Shown: piece after piece, positions 63,499 through 64,000 of the stretch | How positions within the stretch are numbered: the first letter of the stretch is position 1 | Layout: every line of letters starts with the position of its first letter | Assembly (NCBI GenBank): GCA_050874705.1 | Contig: JBNMLE010000001.1 | Span: forward strand, 4,046 to 68,045 | Reading direction: 5' to 3' | Origin: Bacilli bacterium | Lineage (GTDB): Bacteria > Bacillota_I > Bacilli_A > RFN20 > CAG-826 | Length of the DNA: 64,000 bases | The notes under the pieces: model-generated | What the model saw: only the letters and a program-made list of their open reading frames with translations | Told to the model about the DNA's origin: nothing | Databases searched by the model: none | Program-made: the position numbers and the translations under genes

Positions 63499-64000
63499 TT
63501 AATAATAGAAAGTTATATATTCAATAGATACTCTACCGGCAGCGCCATATTTTGAATATCCATTCGCAGCCATATAAAGTGTGTTAACAGGTTTTTCAAA
63601 ACTTAAATCAGCGATAACATTAACTAATTTGTCTGATTTTAAATCGTAATTTGTTACATTTTCAGAAGACGAACCAATTTCTAATTCAGAATTTGTATCT
63701 AAAGAATAAGACCCTTTTGAATAATTATAAGCGGATACCACAACTCTTTTGATTTCGTAATTTAATTTAAATAAAACACTTCCATCAGCTTTTCCTGAAC
63801 CTAATTGTAGACAGAAATCACTTTCGTCTTTGAAAACACCAATTTGAGCTTTGCTAGTTTCCATTGTTTGAATAAAATCTTTTGTCGCAAAACCTTCATT
63901 CATATATTCGACAAATTCATCGACATTTCCTTGGTTTTGGTCAGCAGGATCGCTACTTTGATTAAATTGATATCCAGATTCAAATCTTCCTTCAAAATTA
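63499..64000 (-). CDS. Partial hypothetical protein (N-terminus beyond the window end)
   Basis: The frame of ORF 63499..63903 stays open upstream to position 64000 (…FEGRFESGYQFNQSSDPADQNQGNVDEFVEYMNEGF…). No motif recognised. Confidence 0.4.
   Translation of the reverse strand, partial: NFEGRFESGYQFNQSSDPADQNQGNVDEFVEYMNEGFATKDFIQTMETSKAQIGVFKDESDFCLQLGSGKADGSVLFKLNYEIKRVVVSAYNYSKGSYSLDTNSELEIGSSSENVTNYDLKSDKLVNVIADLSFEKPVNTLYMAANGYSKYGAAGRVSIEYITFYY

Overview
AT-rich (about 30-35% GC) bacterial chromosomal window, almost entirely coding and almost entirely on the minus strand. The core is the conserved Firmicutes-type translation/transcription superoperon region in Bacillus-like order: cysS-rlmB-sigH-like ... 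rpmG-secE-nusG ... rplK-rplA-rplJ-rplL-ybxB-like methyltransferase-rpoB-rpoC, and rpsJ through rplQ (S10/spc/alpha operons). It carries several lineage-specific insertions. No in-frame TGA interrupts the long genes rpoB, rpoC, secY or the subtilase, so the standard code (table 11) applies. Together with the abundant lipoproteins carrying Ser/Thr-rich linkers, the many peptidases and the K/A/P-rich tails on ribosomal proteins, this points to an Erysipelotrichia- or Acholeplasma-like Bacillota/Mycoplasmatota genome rather than a UGA=Trp Mollicute. The most interesting items are: (i) a queT-tgt-queA-queH queuosine-salvage operon whose 5' leader has the architecture of a class-I preQ1 riboswitch with a pseudoknot sequestering the SD; (ii) a P1B-type heavy-metal ATPase with its own promoter and flanking terminators, inserted between nusG and rplK; (iii) a preT/preA (NAD-dependent dihydropyrimidine dehydrogenase) operon embedded in an island of surface lipoproteins; (iv) Lys/Ala/Pro-rich histone-like N-terminal extensions on L5, L22 and S5, an acidic C-terminal tail on S17, and absence of L30; (v) structured 5' leaders upstream of rplK, rplJ and rpsJ. 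No rRNA, tRNA, CRISPR or mobile-element genes were found. The 5' end (1..1217) and 3' end (63499..64000) carry partial genes running off the window.
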